A stretch of 64,000 nt of DNA from positions 31,782 to 95,781 of the forward strand of contig JAITRM010000029.1 in NCBI GenBank assembly GCA_031288395.1, read 5' to 3'. Position 1 is the first letter of the stretch, and each line of letters starts with the position of its first letter. Below the pieces are notes generated by a model, which saw nothing but the letters and a program-made list of their open reading frames with translations, did no database searches and had not been told where the DNA came from. A program made the translations under genes and the position numbers. The DNA comes from Holosporaceae bacterium. GTDB taxonomy: Bacteria; Pseudomonadota; Alphaproteobacteria; UBA3830. Of the stretch, positions 1-10,153 are shown one piece after another.

Positions 1-1025
1 TCGCTTTTGATGCCCACATCTGGATCGTCTAGTTTATATGTTCTATTCGGATCAAACGACGCCATTTCTTCTGTGGCATACTTGGTCGACAACAGGGACT
101 TGCCATTGTCCACGTACCCGAGAGATATTTTGAGATCCTTATACCCCAAAATGGCTCCGACGTTATAGGCGCGAACATTACGCACTTCTATGCTGCCGCT
201 GTTACGACAGCCCGGCTTGCCCTTTCCAAACCATCCGCCAATGGAAAATTTTGCGTTGAAATCATCCGGCGCTCCCCATTCGTAGGCGACGCCAGCTGTA
301 ATGATGTTTTTTGAATAGGCCGTGGAACCGGCGAAATTTTCCTTTCCGCATGGTTCCTGGATTTCTTCGTCATGATTCGTCTTGAATAAATTCGCATCGC
401 GGCTATCTGGCGTAAACGATAGTCCGACTGAAGATCCAGACACGACCGGTGACCTCCATGAGATTTTTGCCGCTCTATCGTCGTCAAACGTGAAGCCGGT
501 GCCGACAATTGACCAGGAGGAGGCGTTGTATAAGTAATGGAGATTCCCACTGCCGGCGCCCCGATAACCAACCAGTACGTTGTCTCCGCAAATGCTAAAG
601 GCGTCTGCAGCCGTATTCGTATAGCCGAACTTAGCCAGCCCAATGAAGTCAGATTCCACAAACAGGAAGGATGAATCCAGCATGGCTCGCCCGGATTTTA
701 TTATTCCGGACCTGGTTTTTACTCCCATCTCGCAGCCGAAGCCATAACCATCGTGTTTCTGCAGATATTTTAGGTTTGCATCGCCCTGCAGCGACGCAAC
801 AGAGCCATCTTTATCCTTCCTTTCCGTTTGATTGATAAACATGGCGCTAAAATCCAAACAACCGCAGAAACACAAATTCGCATCTACGTCAGCCTCTCGG
901 AGGCGTTTTACAACCATCTCGTTCAACAACTCGTTGTCGTTAAACTTGTTTTTACATTCATAGTCGGCTGCTTCCAGCGATACAACGAAAAGAAGCGACG
1001 ACAAAAACCATGTTTTTTTTAACAC
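1..1025 (-). CDS. Outer-membrane porin-like beta-barrel protein (N-terminal 341 codons; ORF runs off the left edge of the window)
   Basis: Absent from the supplied track because it has no stop inside the window. I checked every codon from GTG (1025-1023) down to position 3 and found no stop. A GGGGAGAG Shine-Dalgarno lies 5 nt upstream of the GTG. The N-terminus MLKKTWFLSSLLFVVSLEAA looks like a Sec signal peptide. The body has alternating aromatic/Gly strands (GYGFGCEMGV, FIGLAKFGYTN, AGVAYEWG, YNVGAILGYKDLKISLGYVDNG) like alphaproteobacterial general porins. The listed ORFs 188-661(-) and 828-1022(+) are other frames of this gene. Confidence 0.6.
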   Translation of the reverse strand, partial: MLKKTWFLSSLLFVVSLEAADYECKNKFNDNELLNEMVVKRLREADVDANLCFCGCLDFSAMFINQTERKDKDGSVASLQGDANLKYLQKHDGYGFGCEMGVKTRSGIIKSGRAMLDSSFLFVESDFIGLAKFGYTNTAADAFSICGDNVLVGYRGAGSGNLHYLYNASSWSIVGTGFTFDDDRAAKISWRSPVVSGSSVGLSFTPDSRDANLFKTNHDEEIQEPCGKENFAGSTAYSKNIITAGVAYEWGAPDDFNAKFSIGGWFGKGKPGCRNSGSIEVRNVRAYNVGAILGYKDLKISLGYVDNGKSLLSTKYATEEMASFDPNRTYKLDDPDVGIKS

Positions 1026-1209
1026 ATTAACTCTCCCCACAAACTATGAAACGTAACAGACGCTTAATCTGAAAACCATATCCAAAAGCAATAGCATGTT
1101 ATAAGGGTAATACCATTAAAATTGCGTTAAAACCGAGAAGCAATCGCTATGGTTTTTTATTTTTCTTGTTTTATGATACGATTAACAATGTGTACTGCAG
1201 AGTGTTATC

Positions 1210-1797
1210 GTGCTTCCTAATTTACTAACATTATCTAGGATTTTTTCAATTCCATTTATAGTCTGGTGTTTTTACGTGGAAGGATTTTGGGCTCACCTTA
1301 CGGCCACGCTTCTTTTCGTAGTTGCCTGCATCACCGATTTTTTTGACGGGTATTTGGCCCGAGAGTGGGAGCAAGTTTCCCCGTTTGGGCGTTTTTTGGA
1401 TCCTGTGGCGGATAAGCTGCTGGTTTCGGCTACGTTGTTGATGCTGTCGGGAACAGGCTCCATTTCGGGGATACATTTGATAGGTGCCGCCATAATATTG
1501 GCGAGGGAGATCATTGTTTCCGGTCTGCGTGAATTTATGTCGGAAATGCAAATGCGGGTGCCGGTGACGAAGTATGCAAAATGGAAAACAGCTATGCAGA
1601 TGATTTCCATTTCCTGTTTGCTTTGCTCCGCCATGTTTCCTGACATCGCTTCACTGAAGAATGCGGGGATTGTACTTCTCTGGTTGGCCGTTGTGATGAC
1701 GGTTTTCACAGGAGCTAGATATTTGAAATTTGGGATAGTTCGGATGGCGGAGTTCCCTAGAACAGAGAAACAGTCGCATAATTCCGGCGCGAATTGA
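1210..1797 (+). CDS. pgsA: CDP-diacylglycerol--glycerol-3-phosphate 3-phosphatidyltransferase
   Basis: 195-aa ORF with a GTG start. It carries the CDP-alcohol phosphatidyltransferase motif (ITDFFDGYLAREW...GRFLDPVADKLL) and several TM helices. The LPNLLTLSRI N-terminus is typical of PgsA. Confidence 0.9.
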   Translation: MLPNLLTLSRIFSIPFIVWCFYVEGFWAHLTATLLFVVACITDFFDGYLAREWEQVSPFGRFLDPVADKLLVSATLLMLSGTGSISGIHLIGAAIILAREIIVSGLREFMSEMQMRVPVTKYAKWKTAMQMISISCLLCSAMFPDIASLKNAGIVLLWLAVVMTVFTGARYLKFGIVRMAEFPRTEKQSHNSGAN

Positions 1798-1854
1798 AAA
1801 TTTATTCTCCCGCGAGCTTGTGTTATCATCTTCGGGCTTCGAAGAAATGGTTTT

Positions 1855-2310
1855 ATGAGAATATTTTTGTTCTGGTTAATTGCTTTTTTTGCGGCGAAAA
1901 CGTTGCCTGTTGTCGTGTTCGCTTCTCAATTTGTTAGTCTAAAATCGTCGGAGGTAAATTTGCGCGTCGGACCTGGTAAAGAGTATCCGATTAGCTGGGT
2001 GTTCATGAAAAACAATCTACCAATGATGCTGGTAGCCGAATTTGAGCAGTGGAGGAAGATAAAATTTATTGACGGCACGGAGGGTTGGGTTCATCAGAAT
2101 ATGATTTCCAGAAAAAGTACCGCCATTGTCATTTCGGAAAACGCAATTCTCTATCAGTACGCCACAAATTCTCAACCAATTGCAAGAATGGAAAAAGGCG
2201 TTGTGGTTCGAGTTTTGAAAAAGGAAAGCGAATGGGTGAAAATTGAGGTAAACAAAATAAAAGGATGGATGCGCAGGAAAGAACTGTGGGGTCTGGAGGA
2301 AGAGCTGTGA
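1855..2310 (+). CDS. Secreted bacterial SH3-like domain protein (DUF1058/COG3807-like)
   Basis: 151 aa with an N-terminal signal-like helix (MRIFLFWLIAFFAAKTLPVVVFA). It contains two SH3b-like units (VNLRVGPGKEYPISWVF...EGWVHQNMIS and AILYQYATNSQPIARM...EWVKIEVNKIKGWMRRKELWG). Confidence 0.7.
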   Translation: MRIFLFWLIAFFAAKTLPVVVFASQFVSLKSSEVNLRVGPGKEYPISWVFMKNNLPMMLVAEFEQWRKIKFIDGTEGWVHQNMISRKSTAIVISENAILYQYATNSQPIARMEKGVVVRVLKKESEWVKIEVNKIKGWMRRKELWGLEEEL

Positions 2311-2465
2311 ACGTGTTAGTCGCCGTTAGGTAAGAGGCCGCCGTCCAGATGACGAATTGCTGATTCTTCACAAGTTTTTCCGGAAGAAGGCCGAGAAAAG
2401 CTTCTTGTCATCCGCATATCCGTGTGTTATGTAGGATGCGTTTAATTTACTACGGGAGGGGCTGC

Positions 2466-4004
2466 ATGAGTTTAATAAAAACTGTTGCCACTGTTGGCGG
2501 TTGGACGCTGGTTTACCGGGTGAGCGGTTTTGTGCGAGACATAGCGCAGTCCTCCATTCTGGGAGCCGGCATATTTGCCGATGTGTTCGCGCTAGCCTTC
2601 AAATTCGCGAACATATTGCGCAAGTTGTTTGCAGAAGGATCTTTTAACGCGTCCTTCCTCCCGATATTCTCCAATACGCTGAAGGATAAAGGGCACGACG
2701 AAGCCCAGAAAATCGCGTCTCAGGTTTTAACGTGGCTTGTGTTTCTCGTGTCCTTCATAATGATCGTCTGCCTCATATGTTTCCGGAACATTATGCAGGC
2801 GTACGCTCCTGGAATTAACCCGTCGTCGGAAAAATTTGAGCATCTGATAAGTCTCGGAAGAATTTGCTCGCCCTATATCGCTGCGTCGTTTTTGGCGGCG
2901 TTGTTTGCAGGTGTTTTGAACACCGTAAACAGGTTTGCCATGCCTGCTGCCGCTCAGCTGATACTCAATGTGCTTGTTATTGCGGCGTTATTCATCGGTC
3001 CGCTGTGGTTTCCCAGCACGGCCTACACGATGGCCTGGGCGACGTTTCTGGGCGGAGCTTTCCAGGTGGTCGTTTTGTGGATAAATGCGAAGTTTTGTGG
3101 GTTTAGCATAGGCGTTGATATCTCTCCCATGAAGGAAGAAGTCAAGCAATTCTTTAAAAAACTTGTGTCTGGCGCAGTCGGAGCTGGCGTTTGGCAGCTA
3201 AACGTTATCATAGATTTCGTGATTTTATCATTTTTGCCCACCGGAGCCGTGTCCTATTTCTATTATACAGACCATGTGAACCAGTTTCCGCTGGGAATCC
3301 TCGGCATAGCCTTTAGCACCGCTCTTTTACCTCCGCTTACGAGGGCGATACATGCGAAGGATCATGGAGGAGCTCAGAAGCAGATAAGTCTGGGATTGCA
3401 ATTTGCTTTTATCTTCACGTTTCCGGCGGCAGTGGTGCTGATCTCTCTCTGCGAGCCGGTTACCGGCGCCATCTACGGCCGCGGGAATTTCGGGCCAGAG
3501 CACGTGGCGGCAGCCGCGCCGGCGTTGGCGGCCCTCGCCTTTGGATTGCCGGCCTACATGGCGACCAAGGTGTTTTCCACCACGTTTTTCGCCAATAAAG
3601 ACACTCGTACGCCGCTAAATGGCGGTTTGGTTTCCATTGTTACCAATCTGCTGTTTGCGGTATTGCTAATGCCGTGCATGAAACATACCGGCATCGCGCT
3701 GGCAACTTCTCTTTCCGCCTGGTGCAACGGGCTCTATCTTCTTGTGTCCATGAAAAAGTTTGAGACGCTGCGTATTGATCCAAAAACAGTAAAGGAATGC
3801 GTAAACCAAGTCTTAGTTGCGGCCATAATGCTGATTTCGATTGTGGTTATGAATGTTGCCGCGGCGCCGTATTACCTGAATGGCGGCGTGGACAGGAACA
3901 TTGCGGTGCTGGCCGTCATCGCGATTAGTTGCGTTGTGTTCTATGGCGCTGGCAAGCTTTTTAAAACATTTAGGTTTCTAGACGAGCTGAAATCCTTGCG
4001 GTAG
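2466..4004 (+). CDS. murJ: Lipid II flippase MurJ (MviN)
   Basis: The polytopic membrane protein starts MSLIKTVATVGGWTLVYRVSGFVRDIAQSSILGAG...FNASFLPIFS, the conserved MurJ N-terminus. GGGAGGGG lies 4 nt upstream of ATG 2466. The track ORF start at 2424 is an in-frame upstream extension. Confidence 0.9.
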   Translation: MSLIKTVATVGGWTLVYRVSGFVRDIAQSSILGAGIFADVFALAFKFANILRKLFAEGSFNASFLPIFSNTLKDKGHDEAQKIASQVLTWLVFLVSFIMIVCLICFRNIMQAYAPGINPSSEKFEHLISLGRICSPYIAASFLAALFAGVLNTVNRFAMPAAAQLILNVLVIAALFIGPLWFPSTAYTMAWATFLGGAFQVVVLWINAKFCGFSIGVDISPMKEEVKQFFKKLVSGAVGAGVWQLNVIIDFVILSFLPTGAVSYFYYTDHVNQFPLGILGIAFSTALLPPLTRAIHAKDHGGAQKQISLGLQFAFIFTFPAAVVLISLCEPVTGAIYGRGNFGPEHVAAAAPALAALAFGLPAYMATKVFSTTFFANKDTRTPLNGGLVSIVTNLLFAVLLMPCMKHTGIALATSLSAWCNGLYLLVSMKKFETLRIDPKTVKECVNQVLVAAIMLISIVVMNVAAAPYYLNGGVDRNIAVLAVIAISCVVFYGAGKLFKTFRFLDELKSLR

Positions 4005-4343
4005 TAGTACTGTTTTCCACTGCAGCTGGCGTTTTGATTGCCATTTGCGAGACCGTAAAATATTGAGACATCTAGTTCAGTAGTTGGTTTGTATAATTTT
4101 GGGTGTTAAAACTCTCCGTGAAAATGGTATTTGGAGGAAGTTATGGACAATTGTAGGAAATGCGGTGGATTGCGCTACATAGATAGCAAGGTATGTTTAC
4201 TAAGCAGCAGAAGCATTTCCTCTGATCTGTCTATCTTTTCAATAGAAGCTTAACAACTTGCTTATTCTTTTAGCAATTCTCCACGCCGTTCGCAACAGGG
4301 CCATTGTGGATTCTTGGCAGGAATTCCCCGGTGATTGTCAACC

Positions 4344-4372
4344 TTGCCTGAATTGCCCGATTCATGTATCTT
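4344..4372 (+). promoter_or_regulatory. Putative sigma70-type promoter for the tRNA-Val/tRNA-Arg pair
   Basis: TTGCCT (4344-4349), 17-nt spacer, TATCTT (4367-4372), located 13 nt before the tRNA 5' end. Found by eye only. Confidence 0.4.
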
Positions 4373-4385
4373 GCGGGTGTTCTTG

Positions 4386-4457
4386 GGGTGATTAGCTCAG
4401 TGGTGGAGCATCTCGTTTACACCGAGGGGGCCGGCAGTTCGAATCTGTCATCACCCA
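4386..4457 (+). tRNA. tRNA-Val (anticodon UAC)
   Basis: Manual cloverleaf: acceptor GGGTGAT/ATCACCC, D arm GCTC-AGTGGTG-GAGC, anticodon arm TCTCG-TTTACAC-CGAGG (anticodon TAC), T arm GGCAG-TTCGAAT-CTGTC, discriminator A. CCA is not encoded. Confidence 0.9.
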
Positions 4458-4467
4458 CCGTCGCGGT

Positions 4468-4544
4468 GCGCTCGTGGCTCAATTGGATAGAGCATCAGAC
4501 TACGGATCTGAAGGCTGGGGGTTCGAGTCCCTCCGGGCGCGCCA
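4468..4544 (+). tRNA. tRNA-Arg (anticodon ACG)
   Basis: Manual cloverleaf: acceptor GCGCTCG/CGGGCGC, D arm GCTC-AATTGGATA-GAGC, anticodon arm TCAGA-CTACGGA-TCTGA (anticodon ACG), T arm GGGGG-TTCGAGT-CCCTC, then G-CCA encoded. Confidence 0.9.
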
Positions 4545-4608
4545 TCTGGAATATCAAAACAAGAGACTTTTCATACAAATATAGAAATAATTCTTCGAAA
4601 TGCGCCTG

Positions 4609-4641
4609 CAAAAAAAATGGAAGACGGTGGTCGTCTTCCAT
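4609..4641 (-). terminator. Rho-independent terminator downstream of the patatin gene (may also stop the convergent tRNA transcript)
   Basis: Perfect 10-bp stem ATGGAAGACG / CGTCTTCCAT (4617-4626 / 4632-4641) with a 5-nt loop. On the minus strand it is followed by a T8 tract (A8 at 4610-4617 on plus). It lies 34 nt after the patatin stop. Confidence 0.6.
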
Positions 4642-4674
4642 TTCGGGGTCTCATCGATATTGAAAAATCGCTTG

Positions 4675-5769
4675 CTAGCTCACGTAGTCGGCGAACATAG
4701 CCTCGTCCAACGTATGCTTTTTGCTGCCGAGATTGTCGAAATTCTCCAGCAGCCAGCGGTCCGCCGTTTTCCTTCCTTCTGCCTTCAGCATTTGCAGGAA
4801 ATCCCAATCGGTGTTCAACGCGCTGGACAGGTTCAGATTCTTGAACGAGTCCTCGTTTTTGATTACGTGCATGCTGATTCGTTTGATGGAAGGATCAGTA
4901 ATTTTACCTTCGTCGATCAGCTTCGTTATGAAGTGTATAGACCTCATTTCGTGAACCAAACAGCCGTTGTAGGTAATTTCCTTCAGCCGATCCGTAACCT
5001 CCGCCTTGGTTTTGGGGAGTTCTTCCCGGTGGGTTTTGGTAAGTTGTATCAGCACCAGATCGTTGGCCGGAGTGTTGTAAATCAGCGGGTGTATGGCTGG
5101 ATTTGCGATGAAACCGCCGTCCCAGTAATACTCTCCGTCCACTTTCACGCTCTGGTACAGGAATGGCAAGCAGGCGGACGCCATCAGCGCGTCGGCGCAA
5201 AATTGGTCGTTGCTGAACACTTTCACCTTTCCGGTTCGCACATGGGTGGCGCCTAGGAAAATTTTCTTTTCTTTACTGGAGCGAATGGCCTGAAAGTCAA
5301 AGAAATCTCTTATGAATTCCAGGAATGGATTTTTGTTGTCGCGATTCCACTCGTAGGGCGAGAAAAACGACTGTATAGCTCCCATGACAAAATACCCAAG
5401 AGAACGGTCTAAATTGTAGTATTTCATCATCTTATCGATGGGATTCAGCTGATAAGGTGAAATTTTCTTTGACAATTCAGCCATCTCACGCCAGTAGTCG
5501 TTCATGCGTGCTCTGCCGCCGGCGTTGTCGCCTTTGATGAGGCCCTCTATCATGGAGGCTGCATTCATGCCCCCGGCGCTGGTGCCGGACGCTCCGACAA
5601 CCTCGATGCGATCATCTTCCAACAATCTGTCCATAACTCCCCAGGCGAAGGCTCCGTGAGCTCCTCCTCCTTGCATAGCGACGGCTATGCGCTTTCTTGG
5701 CTTCGACGACGAGCAACCGGTGACGGTAATATTATTTTCTTTTCCCATATCTCTCATTCTCCATTCCAT
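4675..5769 (-). CDS. Patatin-like phospholipase (with DUF3734-like C-terminal region)
   Basis: Oxyanion motif QGGGAHGAF, nucleophile elbow GTSAG, and a catalytic Asp region DGG (YYWDGGF). The C-terminal region ...ALNTDWDFLQMLKAEGRKTADRWL resembles the DUF3734 extension. The start is ambiguous among ATGs at 5769, 5757 and 5748. Confidence 0.85.
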   Translation of the reverse strand: MEWRMRDMGKENNITVTGCSSSKPRKRIAVAMQGGGAHGAFAWGVMDRLLEDDRIEVVGASGTSAGGMNAASMIEGLIKGDNAGGRARMNDYWREMAELSKKISPYQLNPIDKMMKYYNLDRSLGYFVMGAIQSFFSPYEWNRDNKNPFLEFIRDFFDFQAIRSSKEKKIFLGATHVRTGKVKVFSNDQFCADALMASACLPFLYQSVKVDGEYYWDGGFIANPAIHPLIYNTPANDLVLIQLTKTHREELPKTKAEVTDRLKEITYNGCLVHEMRSIHFITKLIDEGKITDPSIKRISMHVIKNEDSFKNLNLSSALNTDWDFLQMLKAEGRKTADRWLLENFDNLGSKKHTLDEAMFADYVS

Positions 5770-5957
5770 AAATACGGGAGGATTTTACATGCCAAAAGGT
5801 TTAAAAAGGGTTAACAATATGGAATTTTAATAAAATATTTTTTAGCGTGCAGCGCCATGACATGTCCGTGATTCCAAGGGTCTAGGGCGGCGCTCCGTTC
5901 ATGGCCGCCGCCGCTCGCAGATCATCTTTTTATTATAGACAAGAACTTTTTTATAAA

Positions 5958-8900
5958 CTAGCTCTCCGGCGCTACGGTAGCGCCTCCGGTGATACTGGCG
6001 GCTGCAATGGCGGCATTCTCCGCTAAAGCTTCAGCGTCCAAAGCCATTGCCGTCTTCCTCACCCTGTTTATCACCAGGCCAGTTCCGGCCGGTATTAGTC
6101 TTCCAACCAGTACGTTTTCTTTTAACCCGCTTAGCCTGTCTGTCCTGCCGGTAATGGCCGCCTCCGTGAGAACGCGCGTCGTTTCCTTGAAAGAGGCGGC
6201 AGATATGAACGATTTGGTCTGGAGAGACGCCTTCGTAATACCCTGAAGCACCAGCTGCGCTGCTGCCGGAGCTCCGCCTTCTCGAATGATCCGATTATTT
6301 TCTTCCTCGAAGTCCATGCGATCAACCTGCTCGCCGGTCAAGAACGTCGTATCGCCCGGAGAAGTCACCTTAACCTTCTGAAGCATCTGTCGCACAATGA
6401 TTTCGATGTGCTTGTCGTCAATTTTCACTCCCTGGAGCCTATAGACGTCCTGGATTTCGTTGATGAGATAATTGGCCAACGCTTCAACTCCCATAACCTG
6501 CAGTATATCGTGGGGAGTTTTATTGCCCTCGATCAAAACGTCTCCCTTAGCTACTAGGTCTCCCTCCTTTACGGCGATTTGTCTCAATTTTGGCACGAGG
6601 TACTCGGCAGGATTGAGGTTTTCGTCCTCCGGACGAACGATTATCCTCTTTTTCCCCTTGTAATCTTTGCCAAATTCAACTCTTCCGTCATATTCGCTGA
6701 TGATGGCCGGATCTTTAGGCATCCGCGCCTCAAATAACTCTGAGATTCGCGGCAAACCACCGGTGATATCCTTGGTTTTCGAATATTCCCTCGGCATACG
6801 AGCCAAAACATCCCCCACTCTCACACTTTCGCCGTTTTTCACGGCAATAATGGCGTCCACCGACATAAAATACTTAACTTCCTGACCATTGGGCAGCAAC
6901 AGCGGTTCCCCATTCTTGTCCTTTAGCACAATTCTCGGTTTAAGATCAGCGTATCTGGACTGCTGGCGCCAATCGGAAACCACATAGGTGGAAAGGCCGG
7001 TGGATTCGTCGATGGATTCTTTCAGAGAAACGCCGTCTATCAGGTCAACGTAGTGGGCCATTCCCTCCATTTCGCAAACAAGCGGAGAAGTAAATGGATC
7101 CCAATCCGCAAGCTTTCCGCCTTTTTTCACGCCGTCCCCATTTCCCACGTACAGCCTTGACCCATACGGCAACTTGTGCTTCGCCCTTTCCTTCCCATTT
7201 TCATCCGACAGAATAATTTCTGAATTTCTGTTCATGACGATTATTTGGCCTTCGCTGTTTTTCACCGTTTTGGCGTTATACAACGAGATCGTGCCGTCGT
7301 AAGTCGCGTCGATGGATGACATTTCGCTTCCCTTTTGGGCAGTTCCTCCGATGTGGAACGTCCGCATGGTGAGCTGCGTCCCGGGCTCCCCAATCGACTG
7401 AGCGGCAACAACGCCCACCGCTTCGCCAATGTTTACTTTTCTCCCTCTGGCTAGGTCGCGCCCATAGCAGCCGGCGCAGATTCCTTCCTTGCACTCGCAG
7501 GTTAAAACCGACCTTATGCGAACTTCGTTGATCCCGACTTTCTCGATGCGTTTGACGTCTTCTTCATCGATGAGAACTCCGGCTTTGATGATAACGGAAC
7601 CGGATAGCGGATCAACAATATCGTCCACCGTCGTTCTTCCGAGAATACGCTCCGTCAACGGGGATATGATGTCGCCGCCGGCTATGACGTCCCGAATTAT
7701 AATGCCATTTTTGGTGCCACAGTCTTCCTCGACAATTACACAATCCTGGGCAACATCCACCAAACGACGAGTCAGATACCCTGAATTAGCGGTCTTCAAA
7801 GCCGTATCGGCCATACCCTTTCTGGCGCCGTGCGTGGATGTGAAGTATTCCAGGACGGTCAGACCTTCCTTAAAGTTGGAAATGATCGGCGTTTCTATAA
7901 TTTCGCCCGACGGCTTGGCCATAAGACCCCTCATGCCGGCAACCTGCCGCATTTGGGCGAGCGATCCTCTAGCGCCGGAGTGTGCCATCATGTAGATGAC
8001 GTTAATCGGCTTGCCAACCTCCACTTTGGACAGCTCTTTCATCATGATGTTGGCAACCTTGTCGCTGCAAACCGCCCAAGCGTCAACCACCTTGTTATAG
8101 CGCTCGCCCGCCGTAATCAAACCGTCCATGTACTGCTTGTCGTACTCCGCAACGACCCTCTTTGTTTCACCCACAATATCTTTCTTGGTGGACGGAACTA
8201 TCAGATCGTCCTTACCATAGGAAATCCCCGATTTAGTTGAGTACAGGAATCCCAAATCCTTGAGCTTATCGGCAAAAATAACCGCGCTCTTTTGGCCGCA
8301 AACCCTATAGATTTTTTCAAACACCGCGGCAGTCTCTTTGTTCGTCAACAATCTATTAATCAGAGAAAATTCTATCTCATGGTGCCTCGGCAACAACTGG
8401 GAAAGAATCATTCTGCCCGGAGTCGTGTCCACGGTGATCGCCTTAGCGCTGCCATCCTGCTGCACCTGATGATAACGAGCCTTGATTTTCGCATGCAGAC
8501 TGACAATCTTCTCCTGCAGTGCGTGCTCTATCTCGCCCACGGACGAAAATATCATCCCTTCGCCCGGCTCGCCTTCTTTTTCAATTGTTACGTAGTAAAT
8601 TCCCAGGGTAATATCCTTGGTAGGCAGAATAATCGGCTTACCGCTGGATGGGCTCATGATATTGTTCGTTGACATCATAAGCACGCGAGATTCCAGCTGC
8701 GCTTCTATGGACAGAGGCACGTGCACTGCCATTTGGTCGCCGTCGAAATCGGCGTTAAAAGCCGTGCAAACCAGTGGATGCAGCCTAATGGCCTTTCCTT
8801 CCACCAATATCGGCTCAAATGCCTGAATACCCAGTCTATGCAGCGTTGGCGCTCGGTTTAGCAGAACCGGATGCTCCTTGATAACCTCTTCCAGGATATC

Positions 8901-10133
8901 CCAAACTTCCGGACGACCTTTTTCCACCATGCGCTTGGCCGCCTTCAGAGTGGTGGCAAGGCCGTATCTCTCCAGTCTCGAATAGATAAACGGCTGAAAT
9001 AACTCCAGCGCCATCTTCTTGGGAAGACCGCACTGGTGTAATTTTAGTTCAGGACCGACGACGATGACCGAGCGGCCGGAGTAGTCGACTCGTTTTCCCA
9101 GCAGATTTTGGCGAAACCGCCCCTGTTTTCCCTTCAGCATGTCAGACAACGATTTGAGCGGACGCTTTCCGGCGCCGGTGATGACTCTCCCGCGACGACC
9201 GTTGTCAAACAGAGCGTCTACAGCTTCCTGCAGCATCCTTTTTTCATTTTTTACGATAATCTCCGGAGCTTTCAGTTCCAGCAATCTCTTGAGTCGATTA
9301 TTTCTGTTGATAACGCGCCGATAGAGATCATTCAGATCCGACGTGGCAAATCTTCCGCCATCCAGCGGCACCAGTGGGCGCAACTCCGGCGGGATGACTG
9401 GAATACACTCCATAATCATCCACTCCGGCCGTGTATCTGAATTCAAAAACGCCTCGATGAGCTTCAACCTCTTCACCAAGCGACGACGTTTCATGTCGGA
9501 GGTAACAGTTTTCAGATCCTGTCTCAGCCTGTCCCTCTCGCCTTTCAGGTCCACGCTGGCCAACATCTTGCGCAGAGCTTCCGCTCCAATCCCGGCGCTA
9601 AAAGCGTCCTCGCCAAAATCATCCTGCGCTTTGTAATATTCATCCTCAGAAAGCAGCTGGTATGGCTTGAGACTTGTCAGACCCGAATCAATGACCACGT
9701 AGTCTTCGAAATACATAATTCTTTCCATCTCGCTGGAGCTGATGTCCAGCAGCAGCGCAATGCGGCTCGGCGGCGATTTAGTGAACCAAATATGAGCCAC
9801 CGGCGAAGCCAACTCGATGTGCCCCATGCGCTCTCTTCTCACTTTGGACAGGGTAACCTCGACGCCGCACTTTTCGCAGATTACGCCGCGATATTTCATG
9901 CGCTTATATTTGCCGCACAGGCATTCATAGTCCTTAACCGGACCGAATATGCGGGAGCAGAACAGTCCGTCCCTTTCCGGCTTAAAAGTTCTGTAGTTTA
10001 TGGTTTCTGGCTTTTTTATTTCGCCGAACGACCAGGATCTTATCCTCTGAGGACTAGAAATTGAGACCCTGATAGCGTCAAAATTGTTCAGATTGCTAAT
10101 AGGTCCCAAAACTTTCTGCAGTTGACTTACCAT
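5958..10133 (-). CDS. rpoC: DNA-directed RNA polymerase subunit beta'
   Basis: 1391 aa with the hallmark motifs [29 protein letters not shown], the zinc-binding CLCGKYKR...CEKCGVEV, and the catalytic NADFDGDQM. Confidence 0.98.
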   Translation of the reverse strand: MVSQLQKVLGPISNLNNFDAIRVSISSPQRIRSWSFGEIKKPETINYRTFKPERDGLFCSRIFGPVKDYECLCGKYKRMKYRGVICEKCGVEVTLSKVRRERMGHIELASPVAHIWFTKSPPSRIALLLDISSSEMERIMYFEDYVVIDSGLTSLKPYQLLSEDEYYKAQDDFGEDAFSAGIGAEALRKMLASVDLKGERDRLRQDLKTVTSDMKRRRLVKRLKLIEAFLNSDTRPEWMIMECIPVIPPELRPLVPLDGGRFATSDLNDLYRRVINRNNRLKRLLELKAPEIIVKNEKRMLQEAVDALFDNGRRGRVITGAGKRPLKSLSDMLKGKQGRFRQNLLGKRVDYSGRSVIVVGPELKLHQCGLPKKMALELFQPFIYSRLERYGLATTLKAAKRMVEKGRPEVWDILEEVIKEHPVLLNRAPTLHRLGIQAFEPILVEGKAIRLHPLVCTAFNADFDGDQMAVHVPLSIEAQLESRVLMMSTNNIMSPSSGKPIILPTKDITLGIYYVTIEKEGEPGEGMIFSSVGEIEHALQEKIVSLHAKIKARYHQVQQDGSAKAITVDTTPGRMILSQLLPRHHEIEFSLINRLLTNKETAAVFEKIYRVCGQKSAVIFADKLKDLGFLYSTKSGISYGKDDLIVPSTKKDIVGETKRVVAEYDKQYMDGLITAGERYNKVVDAWAVCSDKVANIMMKELSKVEVGKPINVIYMMAHSGARGSLAQMRQVAGMRGLMAKPSGEIIETPIISNFKEGLTVLEYFTSTHGARKGMADTALKTANSGYLTRRLVDVAQDCVIVEEDCGTKNGIIIRDVIAGGDIISPLTERILGRTTVDDIVDPLSGSVIIKAGVLIDEEDVKRIEKVGINEVRIRSVLTCECKEGICAGCYGRDLARGRKVNIGEAVGVVAAQSIGEPGTQLTMRTFHIGGTAQKGSEMSSIDATYDGTISLYNAKTVKNSEGQIIVMNRNSEIILSDENGKERAKHKLPYGSRLYVGNGDGVKKGGKLADWDPFTSPLVCEMEGMAHYVDLIDGVSLKESIDESTGLSTYVVSDWRQQSRYADLKPRIVLKDKNGEPLLLPNGQEVKYFMSVDAIIAVKNGESVRVGDVLARMPREYSKTKDITGGLPRISELFEARMPKDPAIISEYDGRVEFGKDYKGKKRIIVRPEDENLNPAEYLVPKLRQIAVKEGDLVAKGDVLIEGNKTPHDILQVMGVEALANYLINEIQDVYRLQGVKIDDKHIEIIVRQMLQKVKVTSPGDTTFLTGEQVDRMDFEEENNRIIREGGAPAAAQLVLQGITKASLQTKSFISAASFKETTRVLTEAAITGRTDRLSGLKENVLVGRLIPAGTGLVINRVRKTAMALDAEALAENAAIAAASITGGATVAPES

Positions 10134-10153
10134 CTATTGTTCCTCATTCATAA

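Noticed and set aside
3076-3084. Perfect DnaA box (TGTGGATAA, the reverse complement of TTATCCACA).
   Set aside because: It is a single copy inside the murJ coding sequence. A given 9-mer is expected about 0.5 times by chance in 64 kb on both strands. There is no cluster or adjacent AT-rich unwinding element.
4364-4663. 99-aa ORF spanning the tRNA-Val/tRNA-Arg region.
   Set aside because: It is explained completely by two well-folding tRNA genes and the terminator hairpin.
5789-5830. 13-codon ORF (MPKGLKRVNNMEF) preceded by GGGAGGA at ideal spacing.
   Set aside because: It is too short to support, has no downstream gene on that strand, and lies in the upstream region of the minus-strand patatin gene.
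5886-5912. GC-rich hairpin (GGCGGCG-13 nt-CGCCGCC) 46 nt downstream of rpoC, as a possible terminator.
   Set aside because: It has a 13-nt loop and no U-tract on the minus strand, so I cannot support an intrinsic terminator call.
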